NCBI GenBank assembly: GCA_964016885.1
Contig: OZ024744.1
Coordinates: 14,446,001-14,510,000 of the forward strand
DNA length: 64,000 nucleotides
Reading direction: 5' to 3'
From: Eledone cirrhosa
Taxonomy: Eukaryota
Shown piece after piece: positions 11,401 to 26,400 of the stretch (position 1 is its first letter; every line of letters begins with the position of its first letter). The notes below the pieces were generated by a model. The model saw only the letters and a program-made list of their open reading frames with translations. It had not been told where the DNA came from and did no database searches. The translations under genes were made by a program, and so were the position numbers.

Positions 11401-14400
11401 CCATGTGCCTCCATTGCAAGGCCAATGCCCTAACCACTAAGCCATGTGCCTCCATTGCAAGGCCAATGTTCTAACCACTAAGTCATGTGCCTCCATTGCA
11501 AGGCCAATGCTCTAACCACTAAGCCATGTGCCTCCATTGCAAGGCTAATGATCTAACCACTAAGCAATGTGCCTACATTGCAAAACCATTGCTCTAACCA
11601 CTAAGCCATGTGCCTCCATTGCAAGGCCAATGCTCTAACCACTAAGTCATGTGCCTCCATTGCAAGGCGAATGCTCTAACCACTAACTCATGTACCTCCA
11701 TTGCAAGGCCAATGCTCTAACCACTAAGCCATGTGCCTCCATTGCAAGGCCAATGCTCTAACCACTAAATCATGTGCCTCCATTGCAAGGCCAATGCACT
11801 AACCACTAAGTCATATGCCTCCATTGCAAGGCCAATGCTCTAACCACTAAGCCATGTGCCTCCATTGCAAGGCCAATGCTCTAACTACTAAGCCATGTGC
11901 CTCCATTGCAAGGCCAATGCTCTAACCACTAAGCCATGTGCCTCCATTGCAAGGCCAATGCTCTAACCATTAAGCCATGTGCCTCCATTGCAAGGCCAAT
12001 GCTCTAACCACTAAGCCATGTGCCTCCCTTGCAAGGCCAAAGCTCTAACCACTAAGTCATGTGACTCCATTGCAAGGCCAATGCTCTAACCGCTAAGCCA
12101 TGTGCATCCATTGCAAAGCCAATGCTCTAACCACTAAGTCATGTGCCTCCATTGCAAGGCCAATGCTCTAACCACTAAGTCATGTACCTCCATTGCAAGG
12201 CCAATACTCTAACCACTAAGTCATGTACCTCCATTACAAGGCCAATACTCTAACCACGAAGCCATGTGCCTCCATTGCAAGGCCAATGCTCTAACCACTA
12301 GGTCATGTGCCTCCATTGCAAGGCCAATGCTGTAACCACTAAGCCATGTGCCTCCATTGCAAGGCCAATGCTCTAACCACTAAGCCATGTGCCTCCATTG
12401 CAAGGTCAATGCTCTAACCAATAAGCCATGTGCCTCCATTGCAAGGCCAATGCTCTAACCACTAAACCATGTGCCTCCATTGCAAGGCCAATGCTCTAAC
12501 CACTAGGTCATGTGCCTCCATTGCAACGCCAGTGCTCCTACCACTAAGTCATGTGCCTCCATTGCAAGGACAATGCTCTAACCACTAAGTCATGCGCCTA
12601 CATTGCAAGGCCAATGCTCTAACCACTAAGCCATGTGCCGCAATTGCAAGGCCAATGCTCTAACCACTAAGTCATGTGCCTCCATTGCAAGGCCAATGCT
12701 CTAACCACTAAGCCATGTGCCTCCATTGCAAGGCCAATGCTCTAACCACTACGTCATGTGCCTCCATTGCAAGGCCAATGCTCTAACCACTAAGTCATGT
12801 ACCTCCATTGCAAGCCAATCCTCTAACCACTAAGCCATGTCCCTCCATTGCAAGGCCAATGCTCTAACCATTAAGCCATGTCCCTCAATTGCAAGGCCAA
12901 TGCTCTAACCAATAAGCCATGTACCTCTATTGCAAGGTCAATGCGCTAACCACTAAGCCATGTGCCTCCATTGCAAAGCCAATGCTCTAACCACTAAGCC
13001 ATGTGCCTCCATTACAAGGCCAATGTTCTAACCACAAAGCCATGTCCCTCCATTGCAAGGCCAATGCTCTAACCACTAAGGCATGTACCTCCATTGCAAG
13101 GCCAATGCGCTAACCACTAAGCCATGTGCCTCCATTGCAAAGCCAATGCTCTAATCACTAAGCCATGTGCCTCCATTACAAGGCCAATGCTCTAACCACT
13201 AAGCCATGTGCCTCCATTGCAAGGCCAATGCTCTAACCACTAAGCATGTGCCTCCATTGCAAGGCCAATGCTCTAACCACTAAGCCATGTGCCTCCATTT
13301 CAAGGCCAATGCTCTAACCACTAAGCCATGTGCCTCCATTGCAAGGCCAATGCTCTAAACAATAAGCCATGTGCCTCCAATGCAAGGCCAATGCTCTAAC
13401 CACTAAGCCATGTGCCTCCATTGCAAGGCCAATGCTCTAACCACTAAGTCATGTGCCTCCATGGCAACGCCAATGCTCCTACCACTAATGCATGTGCCTC
13501 CATTGCAAGGCCAATGCTCTAACCACTAAGTCATGCGCATCCATTTTAAGGCCAATGCTCTAACCACTAAGCCATGTGCCGCAATTGCAAGGCCAATGCT
13601 CTAACCACTAAGTCATGTGCCTCCATTGCAAGGCCAATGCTCTAACCACTAAGCCATATGCCTCCATTGCAAGGCCAATGCTCTAACCACTAAGTCATGT
13701 GCCTCCATTGCAAGGCCAATGCTCTAACCACTAAGTCATGTACCTCCATTGCAAGGCCAATGCTCTAACCACTAAGCCATGTCCCTCCATTGCAAGGCCA
13801 ATGCTCTAACCACTAAGCCATGTCCCTCCATTGCAAGGCCAATGCTCTAACCAATAAGCCATGTAACTCTATTGCAAGGTCAATACGCTAACCACTAAGC
13901 CATGTGCCTCCATTGCAAAGCCAATGCTCTAACCACTAAGCCATGTGCCTCCAATACAAGGCCAATGCTCTAACCACTAAGCAATGTACCTCCATTGCAA
14001 GGCCAATGCTCTAACCACTAAGTCATATGCCTCCATTGCAAGGCCAATGCTCTAACCACTAAGCCATGTGCCTCCAATGCAAGGCCAATGCTCTAACAAC
14101 TAAACCATGTGCCTCCATTGCAAGACCAATGCTCTAACCACTAAGCCATGTGCCTCCATTGCAAGTCAATGCTCTAACCACTAAGCCATGTGCCTCCATT
14201 GCAAGGCCAATGCTCTAACCACTAAGTCATGTGCCTCCATTGCAAGGCCAATGCTCTAACCACTAAGCCATGTGCCTCCATTGCAACGCCAATGCTCTAA
14301 CAACTAAGCCATGTGCCTCTATTGCAAGGCCAATGTTCTAACCACTAAGTCATGTGCCTCCATTGCAAGGCCAATGCTCTAACCACTAAGCCATGTGCCT

Positions 14401-17400
14401 ACATTGCAAGGCCAATGCTCTAACCACTAAGCCAAGTGCCTCCATTGCAAGGCCAATGCTCTAACCATTAAGTCATGTGCCTCCATTGCAAGGTGAATGC
14501 TCTAACCACTAAGTCATGTACCTCCATTGCAAGGCCAATGCTCTAACCACTAAGAGATGTGCCTCCATTGCAAGGCCAATGCTCTAACCACTAAGTCATG
14601 TGCCTCCATTGCAAGGCCAATGCTCTAACCACTAAGTCATGTGGCTCCATTGCAAGGCCAATGCTCTAACCACTAAGCCATGTGCCTCCATTGCAAGGCC
14701 AATGCTCTAACCACTAAGCCATGTGCCTCCATTGCAAGGCCAATGCTCTAACCCCTAAGCCATGTGCCTCCATTGCAAGGCCAATGCTCTAACCACTAAG
14801 TCATGTGCCTCCATTGCAACGCTAATGCTCTAACCACTAAGTCATGTGCCTCCATTGCAAGGCCAATGCTCTAACCACTAAGTCATGTGCCTCCATTGCA
14901 AGGCCAATGCTCTAACCACTAAGCCATGTGCCGCAATTGCAAGGCCAATGCTCTAACCACTAAGTCATGTGCCTCCATTGCAAGGCCAATGTTCTAACCA
15001 CTAAGCCATGTGCCTCCATTGCAATGCCAATGCTCTAACCACTAAGCCATGTGCCTCCATTGCAAGGCCAATGCTCTAACCACTAAACCATGTGCATCCA
15101 TTGCAAGGCTAATGCTCTAACCACTAAGCCATGTGCCTCCATTGCAAGGTCAATGCGATAACCACTAAGCCATTTGCCTCCATTGCAAAGTCAATGCTCT
15201 AACCACTAAGCCATGTGCCTCCATTACAAGGCCAATGCTCTAACCACTAAGCCATGTGCCTCCATTGCAAGGCCAATGCTCTAAACAATAAGCCATGTGC
15301 CTCCATTTCAAGGCCGTTGCTCTAACCACTAAGCCATGTGCCTCCATTGCAAGGCCAACGTTCTAACCACTAAGCATTGTGCCCCCATTGCAAGGCCAAT
15401 GCTCTAACCACTAAGTCATGTGCCTCCATTGCAAGGCCAATGCTCTAACCACTAAGCCATGTGCCTCCATTGCAAGGTCAATGCTCTAACCACTAAGTCA
15501 TGTGCCTCCATTGCAAGGCCAATGCTCTAATCACTAAGTCATGTGCCTCCATTGCAAGGCCAATGCTCTAACCACTAAGTCATGTGCCTCCATTGAAAGG
15601 CCAATGCTGTAACCCCTAAGCCATGTACCTCCATTGCAAGGCCAATGCTCTAACCACTAAGCCATGTGCCTCCATTGCAAGGTCAATGCTCTAACCACTA
15701 AGTCATGTGCCTCCATTGCAAGGCCAATGCTCTAATCACTAAGTCATGTGCCTCCATTGCAAGGCCAATGCTCTAACCACTAAGTCATGTGCCTCCATTG
15801 AAAGGCCAATGCTGTAACCACTAAGCCATGTACCTCCATTGCAAGGCCAATGCTCTAACCACTAAGCCATGTGCCTCCATTACAAGGCCAATGCTCTAAA
15901 CACTAAGCCATGTGCCTCCATTGCAAGACCAATGCTCTAACCACTAAGTCATCTGCCTCCATTGCAAGGCCAATGCTCTAACCACTAAGTCACCTGCCTC
16001 CATTGCAAGGCCAATGCTCTAACCACTAAACCATGTGCCTCCATTGCAAGGCCAATGCTCTAACCACTAAGCCATGTGCCTCCATTGCAAGGCCAATGCT
16101 CTGACCACTAAGCCATGTGCCTCCATTGCAAGTCAATGCTCTAACCACTAAGCCATGTGCCTCCATTGCAAGGCCAATGCTCTAACCACTAAGTCATGTG
16201 CCTCCATTGCAAGGCCAATGCTCTAACCACTAAGCCATGTGCCTCCATTGCAAGGCCAATGTTCTAACCACTAAGTCATGTGCCTCCATTGCAAGGCCAA
16301 TGCTCTAACCACTAAGCCATGTGCCTCCATTGCAAGGCCAATGATCTAACCACTAAGCAATGTGCCTACATTGCAAAACCAATGCTCTAACCACTAAGCC
16401 ATGTGCCTCCATTGCAAGGCCAATGCTCTAACCACTAAGTCATGTGCCTCCATTGCAAGGCCAAGGCTCTAACCACTAAGTCATGTACCTCCATTGCAAG
16501 GCCAATGCTCTAACCACTAAGCCATGTGCCTCCATTGCAAGGCCAATGCTCTAACCACTAAATCATGTGCCTCCATTGCAAGGCCAATGCACTAACCACT
16601 AAGTCATATGCCTCCATTGCAAGGCCAATGCTCTAACCACTAAGCCATGTGCCTCCATTGCAAGGCCAATGCTCTAACTACTAAGCCATGTGCCTCCATT
16701 GCAAGGCCAATGCTCTAACCACTAAGCCATGTGCTTCCATTGCAAGGCCAATGCTCTAACCATTAAGCCATGTGCCTCCATTGCAAGGCCAATGCTCTAA
16801 CTACTAAGCCATGTGCCTCCATCGCAAGGCCAATACTCTGAACCACTAAGTCATGTGCCTCAATTGCAAGGCCAATGCTCTAACCACTAAGCCATGTGCC
16901 TCCCTTGCAAGGCCAATGCTCTAACCACTAAGTCATGTGACTCCATTGCAAGGCCAATGCTCTAACCACTAAGCCATGTGCCTCCATTGCAAAGCCAATG
17001 CTCTAACCACTAAGCCATGTGCCTCCATTGCAAGGCCAATGCTCTAACCACTAAGTCATGTACCTCCATTGCAAGGCCAATACTCTAACCACTAAGTCAT
17101 GTACCTCCATTACAAGGCCAATACTCTAACCACTAAGCCATGTGCCTCCATTGCAAGGCCAATGCTCTAACCACTAGGTCATGTGCCTCCATTGCAAGGC
17201 CAATGCTCTAACCACTAAGCCATGTGCCTCCATTGCAAGGCCAATGCTCTAACCATTAAGCCATGTGCCTCCATTGCAAGGTCAATGCTCTAACCAATAA
17301 GCCATGTGCCTCCATTGCAAGGCCAATGCTCTAACCACTAAACCATGTGCCTCCATTGCAAGGCCAATGCTCTAACCACTAGGTCATGTGCCTCCATTGC

Positions 17401-20400
17401 AACGCCAGTGCTCCTACCACTAAGTCATGTGCCTCCATTGCAAGGCCAATGCTCTAACCACTAAGTCATGCGCCTACATTGCAAGGCCAATGCTCTAACC
17501 ACTAAGCCATGTGCCGCAATTGCAAGGCCAATGCTCTAACCACTAAGTCATGTGCCTCCATTGCAAGGCCAATGCTCTAACCACTAAGCCATGTGCCTCC
17601 ATTGCAAGGCCAATGCTCTAACCACTACGTCATGTGCCTCCATTGCAAGGCCAATGCTCTAACCACTAAGTCATGTACCTCCATTGCAAGCCAATCCTCT
17701 AACCACTAAGCCATGTCCCTCCATTGCAAGGCCAATGCTCTAACCATTAAGTCATGTCCCTCAATTGCAAGGCCAATGCTCTAACCAATAAGCCATGTAC
17801 CTCTATTGCAAGGTCAATGCGCTAACCACTAAGCCATGTGCCTCCATTGCAAAGCCAATGCTCTAACCACTAAGCCATGTGCCTCCATTACAAGGCCAAT
17901 GTTCTAACCACAAAGCCATGTCCCTCCATTGCAAGGCCAATGCTATAAACACTAAGGCATGTACCTCCATTGCAAGGCCAATGCGCTAACCACTAAGCCA
18001 TGTGCCTCCATTGCAAAGCCAATGCTCTAATCACTAAGCCATGTGCCTCCATTACAAGGCCAATGCTCTAACCACTAAGCCATGTGCCTCCATTGCAAGG
18101 CCAATGCTCTAACCACTAAGCATGTGCCTCCATTTCAAGGCCAATGCTCTAACCACTAAGCCATGTGCCTCCATTTCAAGGCCAATGCTCTAACCACTAA
18201 GCCATGTGCCTCCATTGCAAGGCCAATGCTCTAAACAATAAGCCATGTGCCTCCAATGCAAGGCCAATGCTCTAACCACTAAGCCATGTGCCTCCATTGC
18301 AAGGCCAATGCTCTAACCACTAATTCATGTGCCTCCATGGCAACGCCAATGCTCCTACCACTAATGCATGTGCCTCCATTGCAAGGCCAATGCTCTAACC
18401 ACTAAGTCATGCGCCTCCATTTTAAGGCCAATGCTCTAACCACTAAGCCATGTGCCGCAATTGCAAGGCCAATGCTCTAACCACTAAGTCATGTGCCTCC
18501 ATTGCAAGGCCAATGCTCTAACCACTAAGCCATATGCCTCCATTGCAAGGCCAATGCTCTAACCACTAAGTCATGTGCCTCCATTGCAAGGTCAATGCTC
18601 TAACCACTAAGTCATGTACCTCCATTGCAAGGCCAATGCTCTAACCACTAAGCCATGTCCCTCCATTGCAAGGCCAATGCTCTAACCACTAAGCCATGTC
18701 CCTCCATTGCAAGGCCAATGCTCTAACCAATAAGCCATGTAACTCTATTGCAAGGTCAATACGCTAACCACTAAGCCATGTGCCTCCATTGCAAAGCCAA
18801 TGCTCTAACCACTAAGCCATGTGCCTCCAATACAAGGCCAATGCTCTAACCACTAAGCAATGTACCTCCATTGCAAGGCCAATGCTCTAACCACTAAGTC
18901 ATGTGCCTCCATTGCAAGGCCAATGCTCTAACCACTAAGCCATGTGCCTCCAATGCAAGGCCAATGCTCTAACCACTAAACCATGTGCCTCCATTGCAAG
19001 ACCAATGCTCTAACCACTAAGCCATGTGCCTCCATTGCAAGTCAATGCTCTAACCACTAAGCCATGTGCCTCCATTGCAAGGCCAATGCTCTAACCACTA
19101 AGTCATGTGCCTCCATTGCAAGGCCAATGCTCTAACCACTAAGCCATGTGCCTCCATTGCAACGCCAATGCTCTAACAACTAAGCCATGTGCCTCTATTG
19201 CAAGGCCAATGTTCTAACCACTAAGTCATGTGCCTCCATTGCAAGGCCAATACTCTAACCACTACGCCATGTGCCTCCATTGCAAGGCCAATGCTCTAAC
19301 CACTAAGCCATGTGCCTACATTGCAAGGCCAATGCTCTAACCACTAAGCCAAGTGCCTCCATTGCAAGGCCAATGCTCTAACCATTAAGTCATGTGCCTC
19401 CATTGCAAGGTGAATGCTCTAACCACTAAGTCATGTACCTCCATTGCAAGGCCAATGCTCTAACCACTAAGAGATGTGCCTCCATTGCAAGGCCAATGCT
19501 CTAACCACTAAGTCATGTGCCTCCATTGCAAGGCCAATGCTCTAACCACTAAGTCATGTGGCTCCATTGCAAGGCCAATGCTCTAACCACTAAGCCATGT
19601 GCCTCCATTGCAAGGCCAATGCTCTAACCACTAAGCCATGTGCCTCCATTGCAAGGCCAATGCTCTAACCACTAAGTCATGTGCCTCCATTGCAAGGCCA
19701 ATGCTCTAACCACTAAGTCATGTGCCTCCATTGCAAGGCCAATGCTCTAACCACTAAGCCATGTGCCTCCATTGCAAGGCCAATGCTCTAACCACTAAGT
19801 CATGTGCCTCCATTGCAAGGCCAATGTTCTAACCACTAAGCCATGTGCCTCCATTGCAATGCCAATGCTCTAACCACTAAGCCATGTGCCTCCATTGCAA
19901 GGCCAATGCTCTAACCACTAAACCATGTGCATCCATTGCAAGGCCAATGCTCTAACCACTAAGCCATGTGCCTCCATTGCAAGGTCAATGCGATAACCAC
20001 TAAGCCATGTGCCTCCATTGCAAAGACAATGCTCTAACCACTAAGCCATGTGCCTCCATTACAAGGCCAATGCTCTAACCACTAAGCCATGTGCCTCCAT
20101 TGCAAGGCCAATGCTCTAAACTATAAGCCATGTGCCTCCATTTCAAGGCCATTGCTCTAACCACTAAGCCATGTGCCTCCATTGCAAGGCCAACGTTCTA
20201 ACCACTAAGCATTGTGCCCCCATTGCAAGGCCAATGCTCTAACCACTAAGTCATGTGCCTCCATTGCAAGGCCAATGCTCTAACCACTAAGCCATGTGCC
20301 TCCATTGCAAGGTCAATGCTCTAACCACTAAGTCATGTGCCTCCATTGCAAGGTCAATGCTCTAATCACTAAGTCATGTGCCTCCATTGCAAGGCCAATG

Positions 20401-23400
20401 CTCTAACCACTAAGTCATGTGCCTCCATTGAAAGGCCAATGCTGTAACCCCTAAGCCATGTACCTCCATTGCAAGGCCAATGCTCTAACCACTAAGCCAT
20501 GTGCCTCCATTGCAAGGTCAATGCTCTAACCACTAAGTCATGTGCCTCCATTGCAAGGCCAATGCTCTAATCACTAAGTCATGTGCCTCCATTGCAAGGC
20601 CAATGCTCTAACCACTAAGTCATGTGCCTCCATTGAAAGGCCAATGCTGTAACCACTAAGCCATGTACCTCCATTGCAAGGCCAATGCTCTAACCACTAA
20701 GCCATGTGCCTCCATTACAAGGCCAATGCTCTAAACACTAAGCCATGTGCCTCCATTGCAAGACCAATGCTCTAACCACTAAGTCATCTGCCTCCATTGC
20801 AAGGCCAATGCTCTAACCACTAAGTCACCTGCCTCCATTGCAAGGCCAATGCTCTAACCACTAAACCATGTGCCTCCATTGCAAGGCCAATGCTCTAACC
20901 ACTAAGCCATGTGCCTCCATTGCAAGGCCAATGCTCTGACCACTAAGCCATGTGCCTCCATTGCAAGTCAATGCTCTAACCACTAAGCCATGTGCCTCCA
21001 TTGCAAGGCCAATGCTCTAACCACTAAGTCATGTGCCTCCATTGCAAGGCCAATGCTCTAACCACTAAGCCATGTGCCTCCATTGCAAGGCCAATGCTCT
21101 AACCACTAAACCATGTGCATCCATTGTAAGGCCAATGCTCTAACCACTAAGCCATGTGCCTCCATTGCAAGGCCAATGTTCTAACCACTAAGTCATGTGC
21201 CTCCATTGCAAGGCCAATGCTCTAACCACTAAGCCATGTGCCTCCATTGCAAGGCCAATGATCTAACCACTAAGCAATGTGCCTACATTGCAAAACCAAT
21301 GCTCTAACCACTAAGCCATGTGCCTCCATTGCAAGGCCAATGCTCTAACCACTAAGTCATGTGCCTCCATTGCAAGGCCAATGCTCTAACCACTAAGTCA
21401 TGTACCTCCATTGCAAGGCCAATGCTCTAACCACTAAGCCATGTGCCTCCATTGCAAGGCCAATGCTCTAACTACTAAGCCATGTGCCTCCATTGCAAGC
21501 CAATGCTCTAACCACTAAGCCATGTGCTTCCATTGCAAGGCCAATGCTCTAACCATTAAGCCATGTGCCTCCATTGCAAGGCCAATGCTCTAACCACTAA
21601 GCCATGTGCCTCCATTGCAAGGCCAATACTCTGAACCACTAAGTCATGTGCCTCAATTGCAAGGCCAATGCTCTAACCACTAAGCCATGTGCCTCCCTTG
21701 CAAGGCCAATGCTCTAACCACTAAGTCATGTGACTCCATTGCAAGGCCAATGCTCTAACCACTAAGCCATGTGCCTCCATTGCAAAGCCAATGCTCTAAC
21801 CACTAAGCCATGTGCCTCCATTGCAAGGCCAATGCTCTAACCACTACGTCATGTGCCTCCATTGCAAGGCCAATGCTCTAACCACTAAGTCATGTACCTC
21901 CATTGCAAGCCAATCCTCTAACCACTAAGCCATGTCCCTCCATTGCAAGGCCAATGCTCTAACCATTAAGCCATGTCCCTCAATTGCAAGGCCAATGCTC
22001 TAACCAATAAGCCATGTACCTCTATTGCAAGGTCAATGCGCTAACCACTAAGCCATGTGCCTCCATTGCAAAGCCAATGCTCTAACCACTAAGCCATGTG
22101 CCTCCATTACAAGGCCAATGTTCTAACCACAAAGCCATGTCCCTCCATTGCAAGGCCAATGCTCTAACCACTAAGGCATGTACCTCCATTGCAAGGCCAA
22201 TGCGTTAACCACTAAGCCATGTGCCTCCATTGCAAAGCCAATGCTCTAATCACAAAGCCATGTGCCTCCATTACAAGGCCAATGCTCTAACCACTAAGCC
22301 ATGTGCCTCCATTGCAAGGCCAATGCTCTAACCACTAAGCATGTGCCTCCATTGCAAGGCCAATGCTCTAACCACTAAGCCATGTGCCTCCATTTCAAGG
22401 CCAATGCTCTAACCACTAAGCCATGTGCCTCCATTGCAAGGCCAATGCTCTAAACAATAAGCCATGTGCCTCCAATGCAAGGCCAATGCTCTAACCACTA
22501 AGCCATGTGCCTCCATTGCAAGGCCAATGCTCTAACCACTAAGTCATGTGCCTCCATGGCAACGCCAATGCTCCTACCACTAATGCATGTGCCTCCATTG
22601 CAAGGCCAATGCTCTAACCACTAAGTCATGCGCCTCCATTTTAAGGCCAATGCTCTAACCACTAAGCCATGTGCCGCAATTGCAAGGCCAATGCTCTAAC
22701 CACTAAGTCATGTGCCTCCATTGCAAGGCCAATGCTCTAACCACTAAGCCATATGCCTCCATTGCAAGGCCAATGCTCTAACCACTAAGTCATGTGCCTC
22801 CATTGCAAGGCCAATGCTCTAACCACTAAGTCATGTACCTCCATTGCAAGGCCAATGCTCTAACCACTAAGCCATGTCCCTCCATTGCAAGGCCAATGCT
22901 CTAACCACTAAGCCATGTCCCTCCATTGCAAGGCCAATGCTCTAACCAATAAGCCATGTAACTCTATTGCAAGGTCAATACGCTAACCACTAAGCCATGT
23001 GCCTCCATTGCAAAGCCAATGCTCTAACCACTAAGCCATGTGCCTCCAATACAAGGCCAATGCTCTAACCACTAAGCAATGTACCTCCATTGCAAGGCCA
23101 ATGCTCTAACCACTAAGTCATGTGCCTCCATTGCAAGGCCAATGCTCTAACCACTAAGCCATGTGCCTCCAATGCAAGGCCAATGCTCTAACCACTAAAC
23201 CATGTGCCTCCATTGCAAGACCAATGCTCTAACCACTAAGCCATGTGCCTCCATTGCAAGTCAATGCTCTAACCACTAAGCCATGTGCCTCCATTGCAAG
23301 GCCAATGCTCTAACCACTAAGTCATGTGCCTCCATTGCAAGGCCAATGCTCTAACCACTAAGCCATGTGCCTCCATTGCAACGCCAATGCTCTAACAACT

Positions 23401-26400
23401 AAGCCATGTGCCTCTATTGCAAGGCCAATGTTCTAACCACTAAGTCATGTGCCTCCATTGCAAGGCCAATACTCTAACCACTAAGCCATGTGCCTCCATT
23501 GCAAGGCCAATGCTCTAACCACTAAGCCATGTGCCTACATTGCAAGGCCAATGCTCTAACCACTAAGCCAAGTGCCTCCATTGCAAGGCCAATGCTCTAA
23601 CCATTAAGTCATGTGCCTCCATTGCAAGGTGAATGCTCTAACCACTAAGTCATGTACTTCCATTGCAAGGCCAATGCTCTAACCACTAAGACATGTGCCT
23701 CCATTGCAAGGCCAATGCTCTAACCACTAAGTCATGTGCCTCCATTGTAAGGCCAATGCTCTAACCACTAAGTCATGTGGCTCCATTGCAAGGCCAATGC
23801 TCTAACCACTAAGCCATGTGCCTCCATTGCAAGGCCAATGCTCTAACCACTAAGCCATGTGCCTCCATTGCAAGGCCAATGCTCTAACCCCTAAGCCATG
23901 TGCCTCCATTGCAAGGCCAATGCTCTAACCACTAAGTCATGTGCCTCCATTGCAACGCTAATGCTCTAACCACTAAGTCATGTGCCTCCATTGCAAGGCC
24001 AATGCTCTAACCACTAAGTCATGTGCCTCCATTGCAAGGCCAATGCTCTAACCACTAAGCCATGTGCCGCAATTGCAAGGCCAATGCTCTAACCACTAAG
24101 TCATGTGCCTCCATTGCAAGGCCAATGTTCTAACCACTAAGCCATGTGCCTCCATTGCAATGCCAATGCTCTAACCACTAAGCCATGTGCCTCCATTGCA
24201 AGGCCAATGCTCTAACCACTAAACCATGTGCATCCATTGCAAGGCCAATGCTCTAACCACTAAGCCATGTGCCTCCATTGCAAGGTCAATGCGATAACCA
24301 CTAAGCCATGTGCCTCCATTGCAAAGACAATGCTGTAACCACTAAGCCATGTGCCTCCATTACAAGGCCAATGCTCTAACCACTAAGCCATGTACCTCCA
24401 TTGCAAGGCCAATGCTCTAAACAATAAGCCATGTGCCTCCATTTCAAGGCCATTGCTCTAACCACTAAGCCATGTGCCTCCATTGCAAGGCCAACGTTCT
24501 AACCACTAAGCATTGTGCCCCCATTGCAAGGTCAATGCTCTAACCACTAAGTCATGTGCCTCCATTGCAAGGCCAATGCTCTAACCACTAAGCCATGTGC
24601 CTCCATTGCAAGGTCAATGCTCTAACCACTAAGTCATGTGCCTCCATTGCAAGGCCAATGCTCTAATCACTAAGTCATGTGCCTCCATTGCAAGGCCAAT
24701 GCTCTAACCACTAAGTCATGTGCCTCCATTGAAAGGCCAATGCTGTAACCCCTATGCCATGTACCTCCATTGCAAGGCCAATGCTCTAACCACTAAGCCA
24801 TGTGCCTCCATTGCAAGGTCAATGCTCTAACCACTAAGTCATGTGCCTCCATTGCAAGGCCAATGCTCTAATCACCAAGTCATGTGCCCCCATTGCAAGG
24901 CCAATGCTCTAACCACTAAGTCATGTGCCTCCATTGAAAGGCCAATGCTGTAACCACTAAGCCATGTACCTCCATTGCAAGGCCAATTCTCTAACCACTA
25001 AGCCATGTGCCTCCATTACAAGGCCAATGCTCTAAACACTAAGCCATGTGCCTCCATTGCAAGACCAATGCTCTAACCACTAAGTCATCTGCCTCCATTG
25101 CAAGGCCAATGCTCTAACCACTAAGTCACCTGCCTCCATTGCAAGGCCAATGCTCTAACCACTAAACCATGTGCCTCCATTGCAAGGCCAATGCTCTAAC
25201 CACTAAGCCATGTGCCTCCATTGCAAGGCCAATGCTCTGACCACTAAGCCATGTGCCTCCATTGCAAGTCAATGCTCTAACCACTAAGCCATGTGCCTCC
25301 ATTGCAAGGCCAATGCTCTAACCACTAAGTCATGTGCCTCCATTGCAAGGCCAATGCTCTAACCACTAAGCCATGTGCCTCCATTGCAAGGCCAATGCTC
25401 TAACCACTAAACCATGTGCATCCATTGTAAGGCTAATGCTCTAACCACTAAGCCATGTGCCTCCATTGCAAGGCCAATGCTCTAACCACTAAGCCATGTG
25501 CCTCCATTGCAAGGCCAATGTTCTAACCACTAAGTCATGTGCCTCCATTGCAAGGCCAATGCTCTAACCACTAAGCCATGTGCCTCCATTGCAAGGCCAA
25601 TGATCTAACCACTAAGCAATGTGCCTACATTGCAAAACCAATGCTCTAACCACTAAGCCATGTGCCTCCATTGCAAGGCCAATGCTCTAACCACTAAGTC
25701 ATGTACCTCCATTGCAAGGCCAATGCTCTAACCACTAAGCCATGTGCCTCCATTGCAAGGCCAATGCTCTAACCACTAAATCATGTGCCTCCATTGCAAG
25801 GCCAATGCACTAACCACTAAGTCATATGCCTCCATTGCAAGGCCAATGCTCTAACCACTAAGCCATGTGCCTCCATTGCAAGGCCAATGCTCTAACTACT
25901 AAGCCATGTGCCTCCATTGCAAGGCCAATGCTCTAACCACTAAGCCATGTGCTTCCATTGCAAGGCCAATGCTCTAACCATTAAGCCATGTGCCTCCATT
26001 GCAAGGCCAATGCTCTAACCACTAAGCCATGTGCCTCCATTGAAAGGCCAATACTCTGAACCACTAAGTCATGTGCCTCAATTGCAAGGCCAATGCTCTA
26101 ACCACTAAGCCATGTGCCTCCCTTGCAAGGCCAATGCTCTAACCACTAAGTCATGTGACTCCATTGCAAGGCCAATGCTCTAACCACTAAGCCATGTGCC
26201 TCCATTGCAAAGCCAATGCTCTAACCACTAAGTCATGTGCCTCCATTGCAACGCCAATGCTCTAACCACTAAGTCATGTGCCTCCACTGCAAGGCTAATG
26301 CTCTAACCACTAAGTCATGCGCCTCCATTCAAGGCCAATGCTCTAACCACTAAGCCATGTGCCTCCATTGCAAGATAATGCTCTAACCACTAAGCCATGT

